Source: an uncultured delta proteobacterium (lineage in GTDB: Bacteria > Myxococcota > Myxococcia > Myxococcales > Anaeromyxobacteraceae). Taken from it: DNA of 36,792 bases. Within the stretch, counting starts at the first letter, position 1. Every line of letters begins with the position of its first letter. The stretch spans positions 1-36,792 of the forward strand of contig CAWJSR010000034.1 in assembly GCA_963845515.1 (NCBI GenBank), in the 5' to 3' direction. Under the pieces are notes generated by a model that saw only the letters and a list, made by a program, of their open reading frames with translations, was not told where the DNA came from and did no database searches. Shown here one piece after another: positions 1 to 8,554 of the stretch. A program made the position numbers and the translations under genes.

Positions 1-167
1 ATCGCGTCCCGCTCGAACGAGAAGACGTCGCGCTCGGGATCGCCCGTGGCCGGCTTGGGCTTCTCGACACCCAGGACTTCGCAGAGGTCGAGGAGGAAGT
101 GGTCCTTGTTGGCCCGTTCGGCGGCGCCCGAGTCGGACCACTTCTTCACGAAGGAGTGGACGTTCAT
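1..167 (-). CDS. 5' end of an MmeI-like type IIL restriction-modification enzyme / DNA methyltransferase (runs off the window)
   Basis: Hand translation from ATG at 167: MNVHSFVKKWSDSGAAERANKDHFLLDLCEVLGVEKPKPATGDPERDVFSFERDA. This fits the F..W...ERAN...FL..LC..LGV..P...FER N-terminus of MmeI-like enzymes. Not in the ORF track. TAGACT -10 box at 176-181. Confidence 0.75.
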   Translation of the reverse strand, partial: MNVHSFVKKWSDSGAAERANKDHFLLDLCEVLGVEKPKPATGDPERDVFSFERDA

Positions 168-330
168 GGAGGGGAAGTCTACACGGGCGGGAGGACGTTG
201 GATTTCAAGCGCTGCACGAGCCAGCGGGCGAGGCGTCGCGCTTGCACGGTTGCGCCGTTCTGTGGCCGCCACCTGACCAGCAGCCGCCGCTGACGCTTTT
301 CTTGGAAGGCGAGAAGTGCTCACCTCGGGC

Positions 331-1092
331 ATGCCCGCGCCGCTTCCGGCCGACCCGCTCTACCGCGTCCTGTTGAACGTCCTGAATCCGTGTCCGCACC
401 TCGAAGGCGCCTGCAAGGGGGTCATGCGCTGGGAGCCCGACAAGGGCCACGCCCCCCGGGGATTCGTCGGGGCGATCGGGAGTATCGACGAGGTTGAACT
501 GGTGATCGTCACCGCGGAGCCGGGGGAACCCCTCAGCGGAGAGCGTCAGGAGATAGAGAACCTGACTCCCGAGGAACGGGTCCGAGTGATCTGCCAGTTC
601 ACCTACGACCAGTTGGCCGGCACGACGGCCCGAGCGCGCGACTACCACGACAACATGTTGAAGATCCTCGACCTCATTTGGCCCGGCTTGTCGCTGGACG
701 CGAAGCTGGCCAAAGCATGGATCACCGAGTCGGTCCTTTGCTCTGCGGAGAAGGCGGGGGCGACGGTTCCGCCGCCCATCGAGACGGCGTGCAAGACGAG
801 CTACCTCGACGCGCAACTTCGCGTACTGCGCGGGGTTCCCGTGTTGGCCTTGGGAGGGAAGGCCCAGCGACGTCTTGGCGGAACGTCCTTCGTGTCGGCA
901 TACCACCCGTCCGCAGCCCACGGGCGCACTCAGCAGGAGAGGGCGCTCAGGAGTTGGACCGCGGCCGCGGAGAAGCTTCGGGCGGCCATCCAAGAACGGT
1001 CACGGCGCAACGTGGCCGAAACCGGTACGGGCGACGCCGGACAAATCGTCGGGAAGTCCGCGCCTTCCGACCACCCCCCCGCCGGTGACTGA
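331..1092 (+). CDS. Uracil-DNA glycosylase-like superfamily protein
   Basis: Motif A-like IVTAEPG, AWITESVLC, ALGGKA and C-terminal YHPS; four Cys as in Fe-S-binding UDG families. Start is ATG 331 or GTG 316. Confidence 0.65.
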   Translation: MPAPLPADPLYRVLLNVLNPCPHLEGACKGVMRWEPDKGHAPRGFVGAIGSIDEVELVIVTAEPGEPLSGERQEIENLTPEERVRVICQFTYDQLAGTTARARDYHDNMLKILDLIWPGLSLDAKLAKAWITESVLCSAEKAGATVPPPIETACKTSYLDAQLRVLRGVPVLALGGKAQRRLGGTSFVSAYHPSAAHGRTQQERALRSWTAAAEKLRAAIQERSRRNVAETGTGDAGQIVGKSAPSDHPPAGD

Positions 1093-1094
1093 AA

Positions 1095-1152
1095 GGGGTC
1101 GGTTTCGGCCAACTGCGCCTGCCTGCTCGGAGCGGGGCAGATTGGCGCCCCT
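1095..1152 (+). other. Long imperfect hairpin directly after the UDG-like stop codon
   Basis: Nested pairings AGGGG/CCCCT, GCCAA/TTGGC and CTGCCTGCTC/GAGCGGGGCAG; no U-tract. Confidence 0.4.
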
Positions 1153-1313
1153 GCCCGCCTCACTCCGCGTAGTCGCCGTGGGCACTGCGCACGAAGCTCG
1201 CGGCGCGCCCGTGACCGTTCGCACCCTCGATCGCTTCCGCGACTGACAAGGAGAAGAACTCACGACCGGGGGCCCGGTTCTTCGAAGGGGTCTTGTGGAG
1301 CCCCACAACGGGG

Positions 1314-1859
1314 CTACGGCTCGCGGGCGTGGCTGGGGACGCATCGCTGGCCTGCCACGTCCGCATCACGGGACGCGCTGGGCAGCACGACCGGCGCGCT
1401 CTGGCCACCCACAGCGGCGGAACGGCCAGCCGCCCACGAAAAGATGGCCGCGACGAGGGCGCCGAGGACAGCACTCACAATGGCAGTGGCCCACTGCGTG
1501 CGAACTTGGGCCCTCGAAGAGGCGGCGAGTTCCTTCACCGCCGCCGCGGTCTCCAACTGGGCGCGGTGCTCGCGCTCCTTTGCGGCGCGTACCCGCTCCA
1601 TCTGCTCCTCGAATTCGCGGGACACGCGGTGGTCACTCAGCGCCCACGTCTGCGGCTTGAACTGGTCGGCAATCCCCTTCATCGGCCCGAGGAGCCGCGC
1701 CTGCTGCTCCGCGATCCTTGCGACGGGCCCCATCGCCGCCTTCTGTGCTTCCGAGAACCTTCGGATGGCCTCACTCGCTGGCCCCAAGGATTGCCTCATG
1801 CTCTCAGCGATTTTCGCCAAGGCAAGGCCTGCCTCCCCCATCGGATTCTTGTCGGCCAC
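1314..1859 (-). CDS. Hypothetical single-pass membrane protein with amphipathic helical repeats and a coiled coil
   Basis: 181-aa ORF; repeats ending LGP/MGP/LGP/FKP; TM segment WATAIVSAVLGALVAAIFSWAA. Confidence 0.6.
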   Translation of the reverse strand: MADKNPMGEAGLALAKIAESMRQSLGPASEAIRRFSEAQKAAMGPVARIAEQQARLLGPMKGIADQFKPQTWALSDHRVSREFEEQMERVRAAKEREHRAQLETAAAVKELAASSRAQVRTQWATAIVSAVLGALVAAIFSWAAGRSAAVGGQSAPVVLPSASRDADVAGQRCVPSHAREP

Positions 1860-2001
1860 GGCATCAGACTAGCAGCCGCCCCTGACAATTCTCCGCCACG
1901 AGATTGCCGGCAGGCGGCTATGAACGCCCCCCCCCCGTGAGTCCCCGCACCCTCAATCCGGCCGAAAAATGGACGGCTCATAGGGCGTGCGATCATGGGT
2001 C

Positions 2002-2820
2002 ATGGCCGCTCAACCTGTGAAGCGCGAGGAAGTCGAGGTTGACCCACCACCGGGCGTCGTGCGCTGGCTGGTCTCCTGCGACGAGTCGGGCGTCCACGGT
2101 GCCCGCTACTACGGGTTCGGGACCCTCTGGATGCGGTGGCAGCGCCGAGGCGAATTCGCCCGGATCATCGATCAGCTTCGCGCGAAGCATCGCTTCGCAC
2201 AGGAGTTCAAGTGGTCGAAGGTCGGGCCGAAGTACCTGCCGCTCTACCGCGACCTTGTCGAGTTCTTCTTCAAGACCCATTGGCTCAACTTCCACTGCCT
2301 CGTCGTGGAGAAGGCCATCGTGAAGCAGGAGGACATCGATCTCGCGCGGCGCATCCACTTCACGAAGTTGCTCACGAACAAGATCCGACGCTGCAAGAAC
2401 ACGCACCGCGACCGCGAGCAGACCTTCCGCATCTGGGTGGACCCGATCCACTCGCGCTACGCCAAGGCCGACGAGGCCGTCGAGGTCATCGCCAACAACG
2501 TCCTCGCGAAGGTCTTCGGCAAGGCGCGGCCGGTGGACAAGGTCATGACCCACGACTCCAAGGAGACCCCGAGCATCATGCTCTGCGATCTCCTCTTGGG
2601 CGCGGTCATGGACGCGTGGCAGCAGAAGGCGGAGTCGGACGCCAAGAAGGACCTCGCGGGATGGATCGCGCGTCACCTCGGGTGGGGCGATCTCCACTCC
2701 GACACGCACCCCGACGAGAGGAAGTTCAACGTCTGGGTCTTCTACGATCCGACGCGCGGCCCGCGCGCGGTCAAGACCCGCGCCGTGAAGCTCGTCCATC
2801 CGCTGCCTCTGCCGCGCTGA
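2002..2820 (+). CDS. DUF3800 family protein (predicted RNase H-like fold)
   Basis: N-terminal VSCDESG, central WVD and C-terminal SIMLCDLLLGA (equivalent of QxxD); strong GC3 codon bias. Confidence 0.8.
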   Translation: MAAQPVKREEVEVDPPPGVVRWLVSCDESGVHGARYYGFGTLWMRWQRRGEFARIIDQLRAKHRFAQEFKWSKVGPKYLPLYRDLVEFFFKTHWLNFHCLVVEKAIVKQEDIDLARRIHFTKLLTNKIRRCKNTHRDREQTFRIWVDPIHSRYAKADEAVEVIANNVLAKVFGKARPVDKVMTHDSKETPSIMLCDLLLGAVMDAWQQKAESDAKKDLAGWIARHLGWGDLHSDTHPDERKFNVWVFYDPTRGPRAVKTRAVKLVHPLPLPR

Positions 2821-2837
2821 TTCGCCCGCACCTGCGA

Positions 2838-3022
2838 TCCGCCGACCCCGCCTGGCCGCCGCGGCCGGGGCGAAGCCCGGTCGCGAGCGCGTGCCAGCCG
2901 TTCCGGGATTTCGTCGAGTCGTGTCGTCGCTCGCCGCCGGCCGGAACGCGATGGCGATCTGGCAGGACCTCGTCGACGCCCACGGCTTCACCGGCAAGTA
3001 CGCGAGCGTGAAGCGGTTCGTG
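2838..3022 (+). mobile_element. Internal fragment of an IS21-family istA transposase gene, frameshifted
   Basis: SADPAWPPRPGRSPVASACQPFRDFVES, then a frame change to SLAAGRNAMAIWQDLVDAHGFTGKYASVKRFV, typical of the IstA N-terminal HTH region. No start, DDE core, istB or terminal IRs visible. Confidence 0.75.
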
Positions 3023-3096
3023 GGCGTCGGAGGCACTGCACTCCCTCGAGGATCTGAGGGAGCGGTTTCCCAACTAGGTTCGTAGGGCGACCCCGT
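3022..3096 (+). ncRNA. Candidate structured RNA downstream of DUF3800
   Basis: Stem CTCCCTC 3041-3047 / GAGGGAG 3056-3062, extended by ACTG/CGGT and GGAG/TTCC; ends can pair GGGCGTCG / CGACCCC. DUF3800 genes are known to neighbour conserved RNA motifs. Confidence 0.45.
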
Positions 3097-3161
3097 GTTC
3101 ATGGCACCGGTCGCCCGAGACTCGCAGGGACGCGCTCAATCGTGAGGCGCACGCAGCAGGT

Positions 3162-3815
3162 CTACGGCGGGCATGGCGTCGCAAACGGGACCCACCGCCC
3201 CTTGGTGCAGGTGCGACCCGTGGTGCAGCAGCCGCCGCCACAGGTAAGCCCTTCCTCATGGCACTGGTCGCCGGGGACGAGGCAGGCGGTGGGGCCCGGG
3301 GCTTCGCAGCGCCAGGTCAGCGGCTGGGGCGGCTGGGGAACGCCGCTGCACGGCGCGGGGCCGCTCGAGTATCGGCAGACGAGTCCCTCGGGGTACAGGC
3401 ACGTCATCACCGGAAGCGGCGAGTCCGGCCGCGCCGACACAGGCTCCATCGACGCCGCGGACGTGGGGGGACACCGGTCATCCTGCCGGCAGCTCCCGCG
3501 GCCAATCCAGTGCCACGCGCCCGCGTAGCAGACGTGCAGGGTGCTGCAGGATGGCGAGGGGCCGTAGACACAGCGCAGTACGGAATCTCCACAGGGCGCG
3601 CCGTCCGCGGGCTTCTGGACCGGGCAGCCTGGGTCAGTCGAGGCGAGCGCGGCCGCCGGAGTCGCCGGGGGGCCGGACTCGACGCTGCTCCCTCCCGAGG
3701 CGGCGGTGCTCGCACAGGCGGTCCAGCACAAGGATGACAGGGCGATGGGCAGGAGAGCGGAGACGAGCGTTCGGCGCCGACTGCCGTCGCGCCGAACGGG
3801 CGTCGGCGCCCTCAT
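3162..3815 (-). CDS. Cysteine-rich predicted lipoprotein
   Basis: Signal-like N-terminus ending WTAC; many Cys in disulfide-rich modules; start overlaps the upstream stop (ATGA). Confidence 0.65.
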   Translation of the reverse strand: MRAPTPVRRDGSRRRTLVSALLPIALSSLCWTACASTAASGGSSVESGPPATPAAALASTDPGCPVQKPADGAPCGDSVLRCVYGPSPSCSTLHVCYAGAWHWIGRGSCRQDDRCPPTSAASMEPVSARPDSPLPVMTCLYPEGLVCRYSSGPAPCSGVPQPPQPLTWRCEAPGPTACLVPGDQCHEEGLTCGGGCCTTGRTCTKGRWVPFATPCPP

Positions 3816-4384
3816 GCCAGCTTCTCCAGCAGCCAGGCCATGTTCTCGCCCAGCACCCGCATCGTCCGGAGCCCCTCCTCGTCCTTCTCCACGTCCCCAG
3901 GCTCGCGACCGACGCCGAGGTTCCAGTAGGAGGAGCCGGGGACGATCATCTGGTTGATGGTGAAGAAGTGGTGGAGCGTGTCGAGCGCGTGGATGGAGCC
4001 CGCCCGGCGGACCGCGACGACGCCCGCCCCCACCTTGCGCCGGAAGAGGTCCTGGTTCCCCTTGGCCACGAAGCCGCAGCGGTCGATCAGCGCCTTCATC
4101 TCCGTCGTGACGTCGGTGAAGTAGGTCGGCGACCCGAGGAGGATGCCGTCCGCGGCGGCCATCTTGGCGATGCAGCCGTTGACGATGTCGTCGTCCCGCG
4201 AGCAGCGGCCGTTCTCGAGCGACCGGCAGGTGCCGCAGCCGTTGCAGCCGCGGATCTCCTCGCCGCCGACCTGCACCATCTCCGTCTCGATCCCCTTCGC
4301 CTCTAGGACCGCCATGACGTGGCGGAGGAGGATCGCGGTGTTTCCCTGCTTCCGGGGACTCCCGTTGAACGCGACGACTCTCAT
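3812..4384 (-). CDS. Iron-sulfur flavoprotein (flavodoxin family, NADPH-dependent FMN reductase-like)
   Basis: [16 protein letters not shown], CNGCGTCx6C, GSPTYF, MKALIDR. Confidence 0.92.
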   Translation of the reverse strand: MRVVAFNGSPRKQGNTAILLRHVMAVLEAKGIETEMVQVGGEEIRGCNGCGTCRSLENGRCSRDDDIVNGCIAKMAAADGILLGSPTYFTDVTTEMKALIDRCGFVAKGNQDLFRRKVGAGVVAVRRAGSIHALDTLHHFFTINQMIVPGSSYWNLGVGREPGDVEKDEEGLRTMRVLGENMAWLLEKLA

Positions 4385-4442
4385 GCGACGCCTTCTACAC
4401 GCTGGCGCCGCGAGGGTCCATCGGGTCCCCGTCGGGCTCAGT

Positions 4443-4774
4443 TCACTCCCCCTCCCCGCCCCCCGCGTCCAGCGCAGGGAGGATCCCGAGGTCTGCAGGA
4501 CCTCGAGCGTCAGCGCGTCGTCCCGGCCGGCCTCCTTCACCGTCCTCAGCTCCGCCGGCAGCCGCATCAGCGCTCCGAGCACCTCCTGTAGCTGCAGCGA
4601 GGTGACCATCCCGTCGGCCGCCCACTCACGCACCTGCTCCTCCAGCATGTCCATGGACAGGAGCACGGTGTCGCGGGCCCGGTCACAGAGCCCGATCATG
4701 GGGAGCTCACGGCGGATCGCCCCGGTCTGCATCCGGATCGCGATGAAGTAGATCTGCTGCTTCGACGCTTCCAT
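4443..4774 (-). CDS. Hypothetical helical protein with a 1-nt frameshift near 4500
   Basis: [16 protein letters not shown]...LEVLQT continues as [15 protein letters not shown] if one C is restored (acc ctc ggg atc). Confidence 0.55.
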
Positions 4775-4803
4775 CGCCACGATCCGTAGCATGGGACGTA
4801 GCG

Positions 4804-5254
4804 TCAGCCACCCGCCTTCGCGACGACGACGTCCAGCGAGACCTCGCGGTCCTGCTTCGCGCACCACGAGCTGCTGCAGGCGAAGAACTCCAGCCGCACC
4901 TTCACCGTCTGCGGGCCCGGCGCGCCGGCCGTGAACGGCACCTCGAGGCGCGGCGACTCGGAGGCGTGGACCGACGACGTCGGGCCAGCCCAGCCGGTCG
5001 CGTGCCAGCGCGACCCCGGGCGACGCGGTGAGCGTCGCCCGGAGCGGCGCCTGGGCCTGGGCGTGGACGCCCGGCTGGAAGCGGATCACGACCACCAGCG
5101 CGCCGCGCCCCCCGACCACGAGCGCGCTGGTGGACCCCGACAGATCGATCGCGTAGCTCTTCGCCGCGCGCTCCGCCAGGCTCTCGGCCCGCGCGCCGGC
5201 GGCGACGAGCCCCAGGATCGCCGTGACGGCCAGCTTGACGGCGGCGTTACCCAT
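4804..5254 (-). CDS. Secreted DsbD N-terminal-like domain protein, frameshift near 4980
   Basis: Signal peptide ending ARA; after the shift reads [53 protein letters not shown], with FFAC-x4-C as in DsbD-N. Confidence 0.6.
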
Positions 5255-5262
5255 CTCGACCC

Positions 5263-6062
5263 CTAGAAGCTGGTCGTGAACTTCGGGGTCGCCGGCGGGC
5301 TGAAGCCCGGGATGCTCACCGTGATGGTGGTCTCCCACTCCCCGGCCATCGAGAAGCTGAGCTCCCCCGCGTAGACGCCCGGCGTCGAGGTGAGCGTGGG
5401 GTTCACGCTCCCCGGCGAGCCGTGGCCCATCGACGGCATCTGCGGGTCGAGGACGAACGTCGCGTCGTCCACCGGCGTGAAGATCATCGCGCCGTCCATG
5501 CGGTGGAGCGTGACGACCACCGGATTGAGCCCGACGCGCGGGGCGCTCACGAAGTTGAGGCTCGAGATGTACTTGGCCGCGAGCGTGTCGGGTCCGTGTA
5601 GCAGAAGGGCTTGGCGCGGCCGCTGTCCGTCACGTTCAGCACCGGGAACTCCACCTCCACCAGCGCCGCCGCCGGGCGGGTCACGCCGACGGTGGCGCTC
5701 CAGGAGCCAGTCAGCTCGCCCGAGGCCATGTTGAAGACCATGTCGAAGCCATACAGGTCGTCGGCGCCGAGGGTGGGCGGGCCGAGGATGGGGCAGCCGT
5801 GGCTCGTGCCGGACAACATCGCCATCACCGGCGTGAAGGTCACGGTCGCGTCGGTGACGGGCTGGCCGCTCGCGTTCGTGATCTTGAGGTAGATCGGCGT
5901 CAACCCCGTCGAGAGCGGCCCGTCGGAGAGCAGCTCGACGGTAAGCTCGCCCGCCGACGCCAGGGCGATGCGCGTCTTCGGAGCGGCGGGGTCCTCCTGG
6001 CTGTCGGAGGGACAGCCGGCGAGGGTGGCGGCGAGGGCCAGCGAGAGTGCGATGCGGGTCAT
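5263..6062 (-). CDS. FixH/YtkA-like lipoprotein with two Ig-like domains, frameshift near 5588
   Basis: Lipobox LAGC; PVMAM..SHGCP in domain 1; [10 protein letters not shown] and FSMAGEW in domain 2; split across the 5547..6062 and 5263..6261 ORF frames. Confidence 0.75.
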
Positions 6063-6080
6063 GGACGTTCTCCCTTCGGT

Positions 6081-6701
6081 TCAGTGGACGGTGCAGCAGG
6101 GGCTCGGCTTCTCGGTGCTGAACAGGGAGCGGGTGATCGTGCAGCCGTAGGTGGGCGACCGGGCCGAGAACTCCCCGTGCCCGTCCAGCACCCCCTGGAG
6201 CGCGCGCTCGAGCCACGGCTCGCGCCCTTCGACGCCGGGGAGCCGCTCGTTGTCGACCCACCCGAGGAACCTGACCGCTCCCGACGCGTCGAAGAGGACG
6301 ACCGTGGGAGTGCTCCCGACGTGGAGCGCCTCGGCGACGAGGCCGCCCTCGTCACGGAGGATTGGGATCCGGACCTGCCGCTCCTTCGCCTCGCGCAGGA
6401 CGTCCGCGAACGACTCGCCGACGTTGCTCGAGATACCGACCACGCGCACGCGCGACGCCGGGTACGCGTCGAGGAGCCCGTCGACCCGCTCCTGGTAGCG
6501 GCGCACGCAAGGGCAGGTGGCGGACCAGAAGACCAGCACGGTCGCGTCGTGACCGCGGCGGAGCTCGTCGAGGGTGGTGGTCGAGCCGTCCGCTGCGGTG
6601 AGCGGCAGGGGTGCGCCGCCGGGCGCCGAGGCGCTGGTGGTGGCGCAGCCGGCGCCAACGAGGGCGGCGACCAGCAGGAGCAGATACCTAGAAATGGCCA
6701 T
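6081..6701 (-). CDS. Redoxin / AhpC-TSA family lipoprotein
   Basis: Lipobox GAGC; FWSATCPC, VVGISSN, STPTVVLFD, YGCTI; C-terminal CCTVH. Confidence 0.85.
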   Translation of the reverse strand: MAISRYLLLLVAALVGAGCATTSASAPGGAPLPLTAADGSTTTLDELRRGHDATVLVFWSATCPCVRRYQERVDGLLDAYPASRVRVVGISSNVGESFADVLREAKERQVRIPILRDEGGLVAEALHVGSTPTVVLFDASGAVRFLGWVDNERLPGVEGREPWLERALQGVLDGHGEFSARSPTYGCTITRSLFSTEKPSPCCTVH

Positions 6702-7629
6702 GGCGAACTCCGAGGTTGAAGCCGAGGCGGGCGTCGCGGTTCATCCCCGCGCCGTCCGGCCAGGCGGTGTTGTTGACGCTCCCCACGAGCGTCCAGCGAG
6801 GGTCGACGCGCCACGACAGCGAGGCCGCGAGGGTGACCGAGCGCGCGCTGGAGTCGGGCACGGTGGCGCCGTCCATCCTGATCGCGCCCTCCCACTCGCC
6901 CGTGAGCGCGATCGCGGCGACGAGGATGTCCGGCAGGAGCTCCCGCCCCGTCGACACCGCGGCCTGGAAGACGGGGCCGTACCGCTGGTCGGCGCCGGTG
7001 TCGCTCCGGGTGAACGGCAGGAAGCCGGTGCCGCCGGCGTCGAACCGCGCGAACCAGGGGAGGAACGCGTACTCGGCCTCGATGGCGAGCGTGCCGCCCC
7101 AGGCGCCGCGACCCGTCGTGCCCGCGAAGAGCGGCGGAGTGGTCTCCTCTACGCGCCGTCCGGTGGGCGCCAGCATCCCCGCGGTGACCGCGAACGACGG
7201 CAGCCCCTGGTACTCGCCTATCTTCACGAGCTCGAAGCGCACGGCGGTGCCCACGTCGCCCAGCCCTCCAGCGACCTGGGACTCGGGCCCCGAGACCCGA
7301 TCGTTCACCACGAAGGGAACCCAGGCCTGGAGCTGGACCCGGTCGTGGAGGCGCAGGATTCCCCAGACCTGCGCCTGCGAGAGGCCGTCCGAGAAGTCGC
7401 TCCCGTTCCAGCGGAGCGACCCCTGAGAGTCCCATTGGCCCAGGCTGCGCGCGTGGCTGAGCTGCAGCCCCACGGCCCGGTCCTCCCAGACGAGGAGCCG
7501 GCCGACACCGAAGGAGGCCGCCGAGGTGCAGCACGCCGCCGCGAGGCTCCGCTGCGGCAGGGCCGCGGCGGCGACGATCAGCGAGGCGGCGAGCAATGGG
7601 CGGATTCGGCTGGTGCGACCACCGTGCAT
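6688..7629 (-). CDS. Predicted outer-membrane beta-barrel transporter with an N-terminal CC motif
   Basis: Signal peptide then AACCTS; GGLGDV motif; alternating beta strands; terminal Phe. Confidence 0.7.
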   Translation of the reverse strand: MHGGRTSRIRPLLAASLIVAAAALPQRSLAAACCTSAASFGVGRLLVWEDRAVGLQLSHARSLGQWDSQGSLRWNGSDFSDGLSQAQVWGILRLHDRVQLQAWVPFVVNDRVSGPESQVAGGLGDVGTAVRFELVKIGEYQGLPSFAVTAGMLAPTGRRVEETTPPLFAGTTGRGAWGGTLAIEAEYAFLPWFARFDAGGTGFLPFTRSDTGADQRYGPVFQAAVSTGRELLPDILVAAIALTGEWEGAIRMDGATVPDSSARSVTLAASLSWRVDPRWTLVGSVNNTAWPDGAGMNRDARLGFNLGVRHGHF

Positions 7630-7847
7630 GATGGACCTCGGGCTTCATGGCAGGGGGCGGAGGCCCGATGCCGAGCGACACGGATCTCCTGGAGCGACGC
7701 AGCGTCTGCGTGCCCTCGGGGAGCGGCGTGGACTGGAACGTGGAGCCGGGCGTTCCGCCCCCAGCAGCGTCGAGGTCGACGTGCTCGCGAGCGAGCGACG
7801 GTCCTCCTCGTGGTCGCGGGTGCTGCGGCTTCGTCCGGTCCTGCGCG

Positions 7848-8330
7848 CTAGGCGGCGCGCGGTGGCGGGGTCTCTGGCTTCACCGGACCCTCACGTGCCG
7901 GATCGGCGACTGCGGGCAGCGCCGGCTCCGTGCGGTCAGCGAGGGCGAGCGCCTGGTCCGCCGGGAAGCAGAACGGCCCCAGTCCGTCCGCCGTCGCCGT
8001 CGACTCGGTGGGGTCGCCGCAGATGCACTGCATGCTGGGGGCATCGCGAGACCCAGCGGGCGCACGCTCCGCGAGGAGCGCCCTCTGCGCAGCCGCCCGG
8101 TGACAGGGCGGAGAGCTCCGGTCGCTGGCCCGCGCCATCAGCGCCGCCGTCCGGCAGAGCGTGCAGTCGCACTCGTGTTGCTCGCCGAGGCGTGCGGCGC
8201 ACAGGCAGCGGTGCCCCTCTCCGGGGCCGTGGATGGCGTCGAGGACACGCGCCGTCGCACCCGAGAGCGTCACCGCCACGAGCACCGCTGCGATTCGCCC
8301 GCCGACAGACCTGTGCACCCCAGAAGGCAT
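7848..8330 (-). CDS. Cys/His-rich exported protein with a C-terminal PETPPPR tail (DUF2946/CruR-like layout)
   Basis: Hydrophobic N-terminus; HRCLC, HECDCTLC, PCH, CIC; ends PVKPETPPPRAA. Confidence 0.6.
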   Translation of the reverse strand: MPSGVHRSVGGRIAAVLVAVTLSGATARVLDAIHGPGEGHRCLCAARLGEQHECDCTLCRTAALMARASDRSSPPCHRAAAQRALLAERAPAGSRDAPSMQCICGDPTESTATADGLGPFCFPADQALALADRTEPALPAVADPAREGPVKPETPPPRAA

Positions 8331-8554
8331 CGTTTCCCAACCTTAGGAATGCCCTCCACGGCGCGCCTGTGCCCCTCTTGGGCCCCGTTGCCGCGCCGAC
8401 CGGACCAGCGCACGCCGGGTGACGTGTCGGCTCGTCGCGTCGACGCCGGCAGCGACGCGGCGGCCATCGGGGCACGCACCATCCTGTCCGTTGATCGAGC
8501 GCGCACCTCCCGTTAGGCGCAGTTCGGATCAGAACGCTGCACCGGAGGCACGCA

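Noticed and set aside
2821..3100. Intact IS21 element
   Set aside because: Only an internal frameshifted istA piece; no catalytic core, istB, terminal repeats or target duplication.
3812..5338. 508-aa ORF suggesting a secreted-domain/flavodoxin fusion
   Set aside because: It strings together three separate genes through two frameshifts; each has its own start and a recoverable stop.
8491..8505. FNR/CRP-like site upstream of the porin
   Set aside because: Only the TTGAT half-site is present.
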